Below are positions 26,501-38,375 of a stretch of DNA of 64,000 nucleotides, piece after piece. The DNA is from Phoronis australis (lineage: Eukaryota; Animalia; Phoronida), in assembly GCA_002633005.1 (NCBI GenBank), contig NMRA01000338.1, positions 404,775-468,774 on the forward strand, given 5' to 3'. How positions within the stretch are numbered: position 1 is the stretch's first letter; every line of letters starts with the position of its first letter. Under the pieces are notes generated by a model. It saw only the letters and a program-made list of their open reading frames with translations. It was not told where the DNA came from and made no database searches. The translations under genes were made by a program, and so were the position numbers.

Positions 26501-29500
26501 AGGTAACACTGCCTTTGTTGTTTTAAAGCAATTGCATTTAATATTTTGTTGTACTGACTTTGACAGCAGTATGAAAGGAAAATGAAAATTTGTTAAGTAT
26601 AGTGACTGAATAAAAAACAAAGAACATACAGATGTAGTTATCTTCTCTAGTTTTTTAGGTCGCATTTGGTCATCTTTGAGCATTTGCTGTTTTTAACAAT
26701 GTAACTTACCCAACAATAGGTCACATTTAGGTAAGTAATCTAAATTAAGTAACTGCCCTGCTTAGCTTCTGGGATTTGAGGTTTCTTTGAAATTTAGAAA
26801 ATAAAAAACAATTTCACAATTTCTAACATTGTCACAATATTAATGCTAACACTTTAAACATTGAAGTTTACGGCAAATTTTGTGCAAGCACTTTTTCACC
26901 TATTCTTGAGAACACTTTTCACCAATAAAGTTTCCTGCAACTTTCCCGCAAACACTTTTTCACCAATAAAGTTTCCTGCAACTTTCCCGCAAACACTTTT
27001 TCACCAATAAAGTTTCCTGCAACTTTCCGGCAAACACTTTTTCACCAATGAAGTTTCCTGCAACTTTACGGCAAACACTTTTTAACCAATAAACTTTCCT
27101 GCAACTTTTCCGCAAACACTTTTTCACCAATAAAGTTTCCTGCAACTTTCCCGCAAACACTTTTTCAATCACCAAGTTTGCCGCAACATTCCAGCAAACT
27201 TCAGTGTTTGCAGGAAGGTTGCGGCAATGTGTGCGGCTGAGTTGCGGGTAGCGGCAAACTAGTGCAAACGGCTGGTTTGCTGCATACAAAATTGTTTGCC
27301 GCAAGCTTGCGGCATATTTCCTGCAAGCTTGCGGCAAACATGGTCTTTTGGTATGGGAATGCCACCAATGGACGACCACCAACGGCAGTGAAAGTATCAA
27401 CAGAAGCATTAACAAAAACAACAGCAAATAAGATAACAACACCAGAAACTACGAGACCAGCCACAGGTAAAGTCGGTACCAATAATTTCCTGTGAAAAGC
27501 TTTGAAACTCATATCAACTACTACAAAGCTTAGGTTAAGTTGGCTTGGTCAGTAAACTTGCGCACACCACGACAAGAGGTACTCGAAGTACTGTACATGT
27601 AGTAACAAAACATGAACAAACAGTTCCCGATTCGTCACATAATACATGTAAAATGTCAATCAACAACATAAACGACAAAAACACCAGAAACTACGAAATC
27701 AACAACAAGTAAAATTTACACGAATCTTCTGCAAACATTCGAAACTAATGGTAAATAAGAGCTATGACAAATTTTAGGAAAAGTTGGCTTGATGGGTGAA
27801 CTTGCCCGCACCAGGATAAGGGGTATTCAAGGTTCTGTAAATGTAGTGGCAGCCATGAACAAAGAATTCCCGGTTCGTCACATAATACATGTACAACGGA
27901 AACCACAACAGAAACGACAACAACATCAAAAACTTCGAAGTCAACAACAGATAAAATTGAAACTAATTTCCTCTACAAACTTTCAAAACTAATGGTCACC
28001 AAGAGCTAGGACAAGTTTAGGTTAAGTTGGCTTGGCAAATGAACTCACGCACAGCAGGATAAGAGGTACTCGAAGTATTGGAACATGTACTGGCAACAAT
28101 AAACAGAGAATTCGACAAATAATATATCCACAGTGTCAACCAATACATGTCTACGTTGTCTTGTCGAACTTTTCTCGTTGTAAACAAACGTGACAGTGTT
28201 GCCTTTTTCACAGGTGCTTTGAAGAACAATTCCACCAATGGACGACCACCAACGACAGTAAATGTATCAACAGAAGCATCAACAGAAACAACAGCAAATA
28301 AGACAAGAACACCAGAAATTTCGAGACCAGTCACAGGTAAAATCCGTACCAATAATTTCCTGTGCAAAGCTTTGAAACTCATAGCAACTAAGAGCTAGGA
28401 AAAAGTTTAGGTTGAATTGGCTTGGTGAGTGAAATTGCGCACACCACAATAAGAGGTACTCGAAGTACTGTACATGTAGTAACAACCATGAACAAAGAGT
28501 TCCCGATTTGTCACATAATACATCTAAAATGTCAATCAACAACATAAACGACAAAAACACCAGAAACTACGAAATCAACAACAGGTAAACTTTACACCAA
28601 TCTTTTTTCTGCAAACATTCGAATCTAATGGTAACTAAGAGTTTAGCATGACAAATTTTAGGAAAACATGGCTTGATGGGTGAAATTGCCCGCACCAGGA
28701 TAAGGGGTATTCAAAGTACTGTAAATGTAGTGGCAGCCATGAACAAAGAATTCCCGGTTCGTCACATTATACCCATACCATGAAAACCAATAACAGAAAC
28801 GACAACAACACCAAAAACTACGAAATCAACAACAGGTAAAATTAGCACTAATCACTTCCTCTACAAACTTTAAAAACTATTGGTAACTAAGAGCTAGGAC
28901 AAATTTAGGTAAAGCTGGTTTGGCAAATGAGCTTACCCACAACAGGATGAGGTACTCGAAGTCATGCAACATGTACTGGCAATCATAAACAGAGAATTCG
29001 ACGAATAATATATCCACAATGTCAACCAATACATATCGTCGGTGTCTCGACGAATTTTTTCTCGTTGTAAACAAATTTGACAGTGTTGCCTTTTTCCCAG
29101 GTGCTTTGAAGAACAATACCACCAATGGACGACCACCAACGACAGTGAATGTATCAACAGAAGCATCAACAAAAACAACAGCAAATAAGACAATAACAAC
29201 AGAAACATCGAGACCAGCCACAGGTAAAGTCCGTACCAATAAATTCCTGTGCAATGCTTTGAAACTCATAGCAACTAAGAACTAGGGCAAATTTTAGGTG
29301 AAGTTGGCTTGATGGGGGAACTCTCCAGCACCAGGATAAGGGGTATTCAATGTACTGTAAATGTAATGGCAATCATGAAAAAAATGAGTTCCCGGTTCGT
29401 CATATAATACATGTACAACGAAAACCAACAACATAAACGACAACAACACCAAAAACTACCGTCGAAATCAACAACAGGTAAAATTAGCACTAATCATTTC

Positions 29501-32500
29501 CTCTACAAACCTTCGAAACTAATGGTAAGTAAGAGCTAGGTCATATTTATGTTAAGTTGGCTTGGCAAATGAACTTACCCACAGCAGGATAAGAGGTACT
29601 CGACGTACTGTACATGTACTGGCAATCATAAACATAGAGTTCGACAAATAATTTATCCACAATGGCAACCAATACATAATGACGTTGTCTCGGCGAACTT
29701 TTTCTCGTTGTAAACAAATTTGACAGTGTTGCCTTTTTCCCAGGAGCTTTGAAGAACAATACAACCAATGGACGACCTCCAACGACAGTGAATGTATCAA
29801 CAGAAGCATCAACAAAAACAACAGCAAATGAGACAACATCACCAGAAACTTCGAGACCAGTCTCAGGTAAAATCTGAACCTAGTATTTCCTGTGCAAAGC
29901 TTTTAAACTCATAGCAAATAAGAGCTAGGATAAAGTTTAGGTTGACTTGGCGTAGTGCGTGAACTTTCGCACACCACAATAAGAGGTACTCGAAGTACTG
30001 TACATGTAGTAACAACCATGAACAAAGAGTTCCCGATTCGTCACATAATACATTACAATGTCAAGCAACAACATAAACGACAACAACACCAGAAACTACG
30101 AAATCAACAACAAATCAACTTTACACCAATCTTTTCTTCTGCAAGCATTTGAAACTAATGGTGACTAAGAGCTATGACAAATTTTAGGATAAGTTGGCTT
30201 GATGGGTGAACTTGCCCGCACCAGGGTAGGAGGTATTCAAGGTTCTGTAAATGTAGTGGCAGCCATGAACAAAGAATTCTCGGTTCGTCACATAATACAT
30301 GTACAATGGAAACCACAACAGAAACGACAACAACATCAAAAATTTCGAAATCAACAACAGATAAAATTGAAACTAATTTCCTCTACAAACTTTCGAGGCT
30401 AATGGTCACCAAGAGCTAGGACAAGTTTAGGTTAAGTTGGCTTGGCAAACGAACTTATCCACAACAGGATAAGAGGTACTCGAAGTATTGGAACATGTAC
30501 TGGCAACCATAAACAGAGAATTCGGCAAATAATACATCCACAATGTCAACCAACACATATCGTCGGTGTCTCGTCGAACTTTTTCTCGTTCTAAACAAAT
30601 TTGAAAGTGTTGCCTTTTTCCCAGGTGCTTCGAAGAACAATACCACCAATGGACGACCGACAACGACAGTGAATGTATCAACAGAAGCATCAACAAAAAC
30701 AACAGCAAATAAGACAACAACACCAGAAACTACGAGACCAGCCACAGGTAAAGTCGGTACCAATCATTTCCTATGAAAAGCTTCGAAACTCATAGCAACT
30801 AAGAGGTAGGACAAAGTTTAGGTTAAGTTGACTTGGTGAGTGAACTTGCCCACCCCAGGATAAGCGGTACTCGAAGTACTGTACATGTAGTAACAACCAT
30901 GAAATTTCCCGATTCGTCACATAATACATGTACAATGTCAACCAACAACATGAACAACAACACCAGAAACTACAAAATCAACAACAGGTCAACTTTACAC
31001 CAATCTTTTCTTCTGCAAACATTCGAAACTAATGGTAACAAAGAGCTATGACAAATTTTAGGTTAAGTTTGCTTGATGGGTGAACTTGCCCTCACCAGGA
31101 TAAGGGGAATTCAAAGTACTGTAACTGTAGTCTCAGCCATGAACAAAGAATTCCCGGTTCGTCAAATAATACATGCACAATGACAACCAACAACAGAAAC
31201 GACAACAACATCAAAAACTTCGAAATCAACAACAGGTAAATTCAACACTAATCATTCCCTCTACAAACCTTCGAAAGTAATGGTAACTAAGAGCTAGGAC
31301 AAATTTAGGTTAAGCTGGCTTGCCAAATGAACTAACCAACAGCAGGATAAGAGGTACTCGACGTACTGTACATGTACTGGCAATCATAAACATAGAGTTC
31401 GACAAATAATTTATCCACAATGGCAACCAATACATAATGACGTTGTCTCGGCGAACTTTTTCTCGTTGTAAACAAATTTGACAGTGTTGCCTTTTTCCCA
31501 GGAGCTTTGAAGAACAATACAACCAATGGACGACCTCCAACGACAGTGAATGTATCAACAGAAGCATCAACAAAAACAACAGCAAATGAGACAACATCAC
31601 CAGAAACTTCNTTCTCGTTGTAAAATAATTTGACAGTGTTGCCTTTTTCACAGGTGCTTTGAAGAACAATTCCACCAATGGACGACCACCAACGACAGTG
31701 AATGTATCAACAGAAGCATCAACAGAAACAACAGCAAATAAAACAAGAACTCCAGAAATTTCGAGACCAGTCACAGGTAAAATCCGTACCAATAATTTCC
31801 TGTGCAAAGCTTTGAAACTCATAGCAACTAAGAGCTAGGAAAAAGTTTAGGTTGAGTTGGCTTGGTGAGTGAACTTGCGCACACCACGATAAGAGGTTCT
31901 CGAAGTACAGTACATGTAGTAACAACCATGAACAAAGAGTTCCCGAATCGTCACATAATACATGTACAAAGTCAACCAACAACATAAGCGACAACAATAG
32001 CAGAAACTACGAAATCAACAACCGTAAACTTTACACCAATCTTTTCTTCTGCAAACCTTCGAAACTGATGGTAACTAAGAGCTATGACAAATTTTAGGAT
32101 AAGTTGGCTTGATGGGTGATCTTGCCCTCACCAGGATAAGGGGTATTCAAGGTTCTGTAAATGTAGTGGCAGCCATGAACAAAGAATTCCCGGTTCGTCA
32201 CATAATACATGTACAATGGAAACCACAACAGAAACGACAACAACATCAAAAACTTCGAAATCAACAACAGATAAAATTGAAACTAATTTCCTCTACAAAC
32301 TTTCGAAACTAATGGTCACCAAGAGCTAGGACAACTTTAGGTTAAGTTGGCTTGGCAAATGAACTTACCCGCAACAGGATAAGAGGTACTCGAAGTATTG
32401 GAACATGTACTGGCAACCATAAACAGAGAATTCGACAAATAATACATCCACAATGTCAAACAATACATGTCTACGTTGACTCGTCGAACTTTTCTCGTTG

Positions 32501-32656
32501 TAAATGAATGTGACAGTGTTACCTTTTTCACAGGTACTTTGGAGAACAATGCAACCAATGGACGACCACCAACGGCAGTGAATGTATCAACAGAAGCATC
32601 AACAAAAACAGCAGCAAATCAGACAACAACACCAGAAACTTCGAGATCAGCCACAG
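20574..32656 (+). CDS. Array of 13 tandemly duplicated 123-nt symmetric exons encoding a mucin-like Thr/Ser/Pro stalk
   Basis: Intact copies at 20574-20696, 21045-21167, 21931-22053, 22572-22694, 22962-23084, 28214-28336, 29101-29223, 29744-29866, 30625-30747, 31654-31776, 32534-32656. One copy is split by a transposon (23606-23621 + 27360-27466) and one is cut by an N (31502-31610). Each intact copy has a pyrimidine tract plus CAG acceptor, a G|GTAAA donor, exactly 41 codons and no stop. Consensus GALKNNTTNGRPPTTVNVSTEASTKTTANKTTTPETSRPAT. Confidence 0.75.
23622..27357. mobile_element. Non-autonomous CACTA/EnSpm (CMC)-like DNA transposon, 3,736 bp
   Basis: Perfect 12-bp TIR (CCCATACCAAAA ... 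TTTTGGTATGGG) and 2-bp TSD AA (23620-23621 and 27358-27359). Subterminal GCAAGCTTGC/TGCCGCAA motif clusters at both ends. No transposase-length ORF inside. Excising it plus one TSD gives an intact 123-nt exon. Confidence 0.88.
26910..27165. repeat. 41-bp subterminal tandem repeat (about 6 copies) of the CACTA-like element
   Basis: aaacactttttcaccaataaagtttcctgcaactttcccgc repeated. Confidence 0.9.
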
Positions 32657-33339
32657 GTAAATACCGTACCAATAATTTCCTGTTCAAAGCTTTAAAACTC
32701 TTAGCAACTAAGAATTGAACAAAGAGTTCCCGATTCGTCACATAACACATGTACAATGTCAACCAACAACATAAACGACAAAAACACCAGAAACTACGAA
32801 ATCAACAACAAGTAAACTTTACACCAATCTTTTTTCTGCAAACATTCGAAACTAATGGTAACTCATAGCGACTAGTCTTCTTGCGACGTACAACCAAAAT
32901 GTTGGGAAACAACACAAAACTCACCGCTGCAGTTTAAAGATTTTTTTAAATGGAATCCATTACACTGTGTATGCCACCGTACAGTAGCAAATCATCACAA
33001 ACGACTTTCTCACATCCGAAGTGTAAGCTGAAATACACTAGCTTTCCACGCAAATACGCCATAAGTGAGAGTGTTTACATAAGTTACTTCTGAGAGTTGT
33101 CCAAGGTTAATTGCAGGATCTGGCTGAATCATAATAATGTAATATCTTCGCCTTGGTTTGCCTAATTTTTCTGTTTTATTTATCTGCCCTCGCTGGGGTT
33201 ATTATCATTGTTTAATCTATTAATTATTCCAGTGACTCGGTATTTGACAGAAGTCGGTCCTCAGGCTTTTAAATGAGTCCCTCATCTTGACGGTAGACTC
33301 CTTTGTTAAACGAAAACATTGTTCTTGTTCCTACTTTAG

Positions 33340-33478
33340 GATTGTCGTGTTACACTTGTGACCCAGATGTACGTGACTCATGTCACCAGAAACTCGAAGA
33401 ATGTGATGCGGACAAACATTGGTGCGTGGACATTGTCACAGAATATCCTGGTGGACAAACGACTATCAAAAAGAAAGG
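33340..33478 (+). CDS. Ly6/uPAR (three-finger) domain, first exon
   Basis: Acceptor ttcctactttAG|GA (phase 1) gives GLSCYTCDPDVRDSCHQKLEECDADKHWCVDIVTEYPGGQTTIKKKG; phase-2 donor GG|GTAAAT. The LxCYxC start is typical of LU domains. Confidence 0.85.
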
Positions 33479-33977
33479 GTAAATTCTTTTAAATGAGAAC
33501 TGGTTTGGATGTCATTTGAAGGATTGTGTACGTGCTATGTACTTTCGCATGTTCTCTCAGCAAATTCCTCAGTACCAAAAGCCCCACCTATCTGTAGGTA
33601 TCAGTTCCCTCTGTAAGGTACTTAACGGTCATCGGCACCTGTGGAATTTTGTTGACCTGTCCCACCGCGCTTCTCAATAGTGTTATGGATGGGTTTCTGT
33701 CACTCGTTCTAATATTGAACTGTCTCAGATATCTTGATTGGTAAGTGAAAAGGTAAGGAAGAAGCACCAGCGATATATCTGTATAGAGACTGGCCGTACG
33801 TCCCTGTGCTTCCCCTTCCCGATTCTCACGCGGCGCCCTATGTTCTCCCGCACTAAAGTTCCCTGACCACCCCTTCTATTTTCTTTGGTCGTGCCTGGAG
33901 GTTTAAACCTTGAACTATCTCGAACACAAGTCACTTTCAGCAGTTTCGGGTAACAGTTGTTTTTCATTTTGTTTCAG

Positions 33978-34140
33978 ATGTTCCCCGAAATCCGCCGAAT
34001 GCGGCGGCGTTACTCTTTGTGAACAAAAGTATAGCATGAACGATTATATCCGTAGGATTTATGAATTAGAGGCCACTGTGTGTCAGTACTGTTGCGCTAC
34101 GTCAGGGTGTAACACACGCACCGGTGTGCCAATATTTTGA
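33978..34140 (+). CDS. Ly6/uPAR (three-finger) domain, terminal exon
   Basis: Acceptor ttttgtttcAG|A gives (G)CSPKSAECGGVTLCEQKYSMNDYIRRIYELEATVCQYCCATSGCNTRTGVPIF*; contains the CCxxxxCN signature. Confidence 0.85.
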
Positions 34141-34187
34141 ACCTTGTATCCACATTGATGGTAGCGTGATGTGCACGACTTCAAATG

Positions 34188-34193
34188 AATAAA
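34188..34193 (+). promoter_or_regulatory. Polyadenylation signal
   Basis: AATAAA 48 nt after the LU-domain stop codon. Confidence 0.6.
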
Positions 34194-35205
34194 TACAACG
34201 TTCGTTCACCGACTGTTTTGCCTAGCATGCAGAATCACACTATGGTCGTATAGGAAACAGCTCACGATCGATCTCACTCCACGCACCACACATCCTGGAG
34301 TCAGAGATTAGTGTTCCCCACGCAAGCTGACTTCTCTCGACGTTTTGTCGAGTATTGGGTTTTTAAATCAATTCTGATTTTTTGCCTTCACAGTTGTCAC
34401 AAAGCATACCTGAACTATTGCATAACTATTATCCGTCCTCTTCCTAAAAACGACTCCGCTGTGCGTTTCATTCTTTGCCAATTGTTACTGTCGTAGACTA
34501 AGGTCATTTTCCAAATGGCTCATACAAGTAAAAACTAGGACAGTTAACGTGTTAAAATGGCTCACTTTGGTTGGTTTACTTTGGAGGTCGTTTCTCAAAC
34601 CACGGCATCAACTTTTCCGTAGAGGAGTCACGTATAAAACAGGGAAAGATTTTTCTGGAACATGTTCATATTTTCCCATATGATTGCATTCACCTTTTTC
34701 TGTGTTCGCTGATTTGAGCATCGCGACTACCTCAGGTAGGGCTTTGATTAGAAAAACGTAGGCAAAGTTTTGTTGCAAGGGGTAATGACCATCTCCAGCG
34801 CCTGTGTCCTAATAATTGTTAACTGCAGACTGTTACATGTCACAGTCCAGTCGCACCCTGATCTGACATATACTGCTGACTCGACACATTTTGTCTCCCC
34901 GGCGACTTGCCAACCAAAACGTCATGTAGAAGCCGATGTTGCCGTTGGTGAATAGACCAAATCAGTGACTCACCAAGTTGCCTAGTTTAACTGCAATGCC
35001 ATTGACCAGCTTCGATTGTTGACCACAAGGTGATTGTAATGAATAAACAGTCTCAGCTTTCCTGCAATTACAACTGCTACAGCTTCAGCTAGACGGATGA
35101 TTGTCTGTTAATAAGTACTTTAAAGTTCTTTTAAAATCACCAATTTCATATCAAAAACACAAAAACCAATCCCAAGCGTTAATCCGCTGTCAAATTAGAA
35201 CATTC

Positions 35206-36830
35206 TCAAAGGGAGAGGGAGAGGAAGAAGGAGAGGGAGAGGGAGACTGGATCGTAGTTGCTAATAATAAAATTGTTTAAGAACCTCGAGAATGCTTGCA
35301 AAGTATGTGTTTTTCTTATATTTAGAGCAGAGACTGGTATTTCGTTGTTGTTTATAAGTCGAGGAATTTCAAATCCAATGCAGGCTCTTGATGACAATCT
35401 TTGGGACGGAGGAATTAAAATTTTGGGTTGTATTGTCGGAATAGCAGCTGAGTATTGATTCAGGTATATTGGAGTTTTAATGTGTCTGGTTGATTTATAT
35501 TGGATGGGTTTGTTACTGTAAAAATACTTAGAAAGGTGATTATTGAGGAATTTGTAGTAAAACTTTGCAGTTGGGATTTTAAAGATGTCTTGAAGTAGAG
35601 GGAGGCGAAGTTCCTTATATATGGGCAGAGTGTGTGCATTATAACTGGAATTTGATATATTCCGAAGGATTCTCTTCTGGGCTGTCTGGAGCTTCTTAGT
35701 GTTGCCAAAACCCCAAGTTGTATTGCCATAGTTTAAATGTGGGAGGACAAGTGAATTATGTATTAACTTGAGAGCTGTAAGAGGAAGATAAGATTTCAAT
35801 TTGTATAAGAGTCCACCGAGATTGTTAAGTTTGTTTGAGATGAGGTTTATGTGGGGGCACCACGAGAGGTTTTTGTCAACGGCAATACCAAGGAAAGGAA
35901 AACTGTTGACATGACATATTGTTTTGCTATTTATATAAATGGTGGGAATAATAAATTTTTCAATTTTCTTTTGGGGGTAGTGGAAGATCATTAATTTATT
36001 TTTGATGTGTTAATTGAAAGTTTGTTCACGGAAAACCAGTCTGAAATAGATTTTAGGTTGTTGTTGATGGTGGTTGATTGCTGTAAAGTGTGTTGGGAAG
36101 ATTCAGTCAGTTTGTAAGGTGTGACGAGGCAAGTATCGTCAGCATAAAGAAGTGTGTCCATGGGAGAAGAAAACAAAAGATTGTTTATGTAAATTAAGAA
36201 GAGAAGTGGGCCACGGACAGAGCCTTGGATAACTCCGGTAGCTATTGGTAACCAACTGGAAGGTGTCTCTCGGTGAAACATATTGGGTGCGGTTCGAGAG
36301 ATGATTTTTAAACAGTGTGTATTCAACCCCAGTAATACCATAGTGGTTTATCTTTTGCAATAGTATTTGGTGGTCTATTGTGTCAAAACCTTTAGAGAGA
36401 TCGAGAAAGATGACCAGGGGATTCATGTCATTATCAAGATGGGAACAAATGCGGTCTAAAAGTTTAAGCAAAGCAAGTTCTGTAGAGTGACATTTCCTGA
36501 AGCCATATTGATGTTTATAAAGAATATTATTTTCGTTTAGGAAAGTTGAATGTTGTGTATGGATAATTTCTTCTATAATTTTTAGTGGGTTAGGAGAATA
36601 GAAATGGGTCTGTAACTGCCAGGGTGCTCTGGTTCCAACCATGTTGTTTAAATCTGGGATTCCCTTAGCAAACTTGAGAGCATCTGGAAATATACCAGTG
36701 AGCAAGCACTGGTTGATGATGGTCGTGAGAGGTTTAATTATAAAAGGACTGCTTATTTTGATAATTTTAGATGATAAATTGTCATAACCAGTAGTATTTT
36801 TTGCGTCCATGTCTCTAATAATATCTAGTA
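35206..36830 (-). mobile_element. 5'-truncated, frameshifted non-LTR retrotransposon (CR1/L2/Jockey-group RT)
   Basis: Overlapping minus ORFs with RT motifs HQYGFR, IFLDLSKGFDTIDH, GVIQGSVRGPLLFLIYIN, YADDT, FLGIAVDKNLSW and PHLNYG; ends in a (CT)-rich tract. Confidence 0.92.
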
Positions 36831-38149
36831 TATGTTTATTATTAATAGTTTGAAAGAAAACTTAAATTTGTTTGGCGTCGGAAGATAGTCTTTGAAATTC
36901 TTTTTTTTATCCTATTTATTGATTCAGGAAACCTTTTTACACTCAGTGACGATTGTTTTGGCACGGGTCTTAAAACATAAAGTCGGGAAATAAGGCGTCT
37001 TATGTTATTTACTTTGAAGTTGGTCATTTTTACCTGCCGATGTATGAAGAATAAGCTTTAACTAACTGATAGTTGATTTTAAAAATATCTCAATGGTTTA
37101 CGAGAGCTATAAAGCATAATAAAAACTACCCTAAATGGATTGTGTATTCAATAGGCATCTTGGCTATTTTATGTGGGCATACAAGGCAGGTTTATTGGAC
37201 CGCAGGCAGGAATTCAATCGCTGCTTGCTGGTTTTCAACCCCTTACTCCTCTTGCCTCCAGTTTCATTTACCACAACCCACCCCAATTTGTTACCCATTT
37301 TCGTAACAAAGACCTGCAGTGTGTATTTGGAGGGGGTAAGAGCGCAGTTTTTGGACATTGGCGTAGGAAACATTTGATGGCTGGGGGATGAAAGTCTGTT
37401 AATCTTTCAATCATATTTTAAAACAAAGTTTGTGCGCTGAAAGTTTTAATAATTATTTGTTAATTAATTGATATTAACACCTGGAATATTGGGAAAGAAA
37501 ACTATCTCCGCCCCCAACATTTTGGTTGAGGGGCGCCCCCATTTTTGCTCCTAACGCTTCTTCAGCAGATCTAGCTTATATTTATTACTTCCCTGGCCCC
37601 CCTGGACAAAATCTTACAGGTTTTGTTCCTGCTCATCCTCCTGTCACCTATTTTCACCTGTTTACCTCTAATTACTGCATGAGTCACACCCTTGCTTATG
37701 ATATCATGAGGAAAGTTCGCCTAGTCTCACAATTTTCTGGCCCTTATCACAAACAATATCTAACTATAATAAACACCAGGCTAATTGCTGACAGACACAT
37801 CAGACCCTTACTGAAAACCACAAATGAATGCATGGAACTACTTTTCAAGACCAGTTGCATTGAATAAACACTTTGAGGGATATGACCCAAATTGACACAC
37901 AGTTTATAGCAACGACAAGCTTTCTGTGGTAAAGTGAACTGCAGGAATTATTTAGATAAACCAGTAAGAAAACCGAAGACCCGAAAAATTTATTTTAAGC
38001 ATACACTCAGAATCTCATTATTTTTATGCAAACGTTAATCAAAGCATTGCCCTGCGTAAATGAAGAAATTTCAAACCTACAGATCAATCCAGAACCCAGG
38101 GAGGTCCAAGAAATAACAATGAATTTAAATCTCACTTGTAGTTCTACCG

Positions 38150-38375
38150 CAGAAGCGGATCTATAGGGGGTTCATGGGTTCAACCCCCCTCAGTAGAGGA
38201 TCAAAATAAAAATCTAAAAACTGTCGCCAGGAAACCAAAATCAGATACTACAAACAAAAAAATACAACGGTGGGGAGACACACCTTCCCAACCTCCCCTC
38301 CGCTCGACGCCACGCGCCTCGGATTCGCGAAAATCTTAACCCCCTCCCCTTACTGAAAACCTAGATCTGCCACTG
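38150..38375. mobile_element. hAT-like MITE
   Basis: Imperfect TIRs CAGAAGCGGATCTA / TAGATCTGCCACTG with G-rich and C-rich subterminal tracts; an 8-bp TSD is not preserved. Confidence 0.45.

Larger units (their letters stand above)
19690..32870. repeat. Complex tandem repeat (about 390-bp exon-bearing units interleaved with about 230-bp degenerate units)
   Basis: Recurrent motifs aagagctagg...ttaagttggcttg...caggataagaggtactcgaagta. Ns at 20809 and 31611 make the copy number unreliable. Confidence 0.92.

Noticed and set aside
19884-32558. Many hydrophobic minus-strand ORFs (VVVLFAVVFVDASV...) that look like membrane proteins
   Set aside because: They are the antisense reading of ACA-rich Thr codons; splice signals are on the + strand only.
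19690-32870. Regular repeat array superficially like a CRISPR array
   Set aside because: Eukaryotic intron-exon context, no unique spacers, no cas genes; the units are duplicated exon-intron blocks.
33144-33215. Hydrophobic stretch IFALVCLIFLFYLSALAGVIIIV upstream of the LU exon, a possible signal peptide for a stand-alone Ly6 gene
   Set aside because: Preceded by in-frame stops, no in-frame ATG and no phase-1 GT donor; most likely T-rich intron. Worth rechecking if the fusion is refuted.
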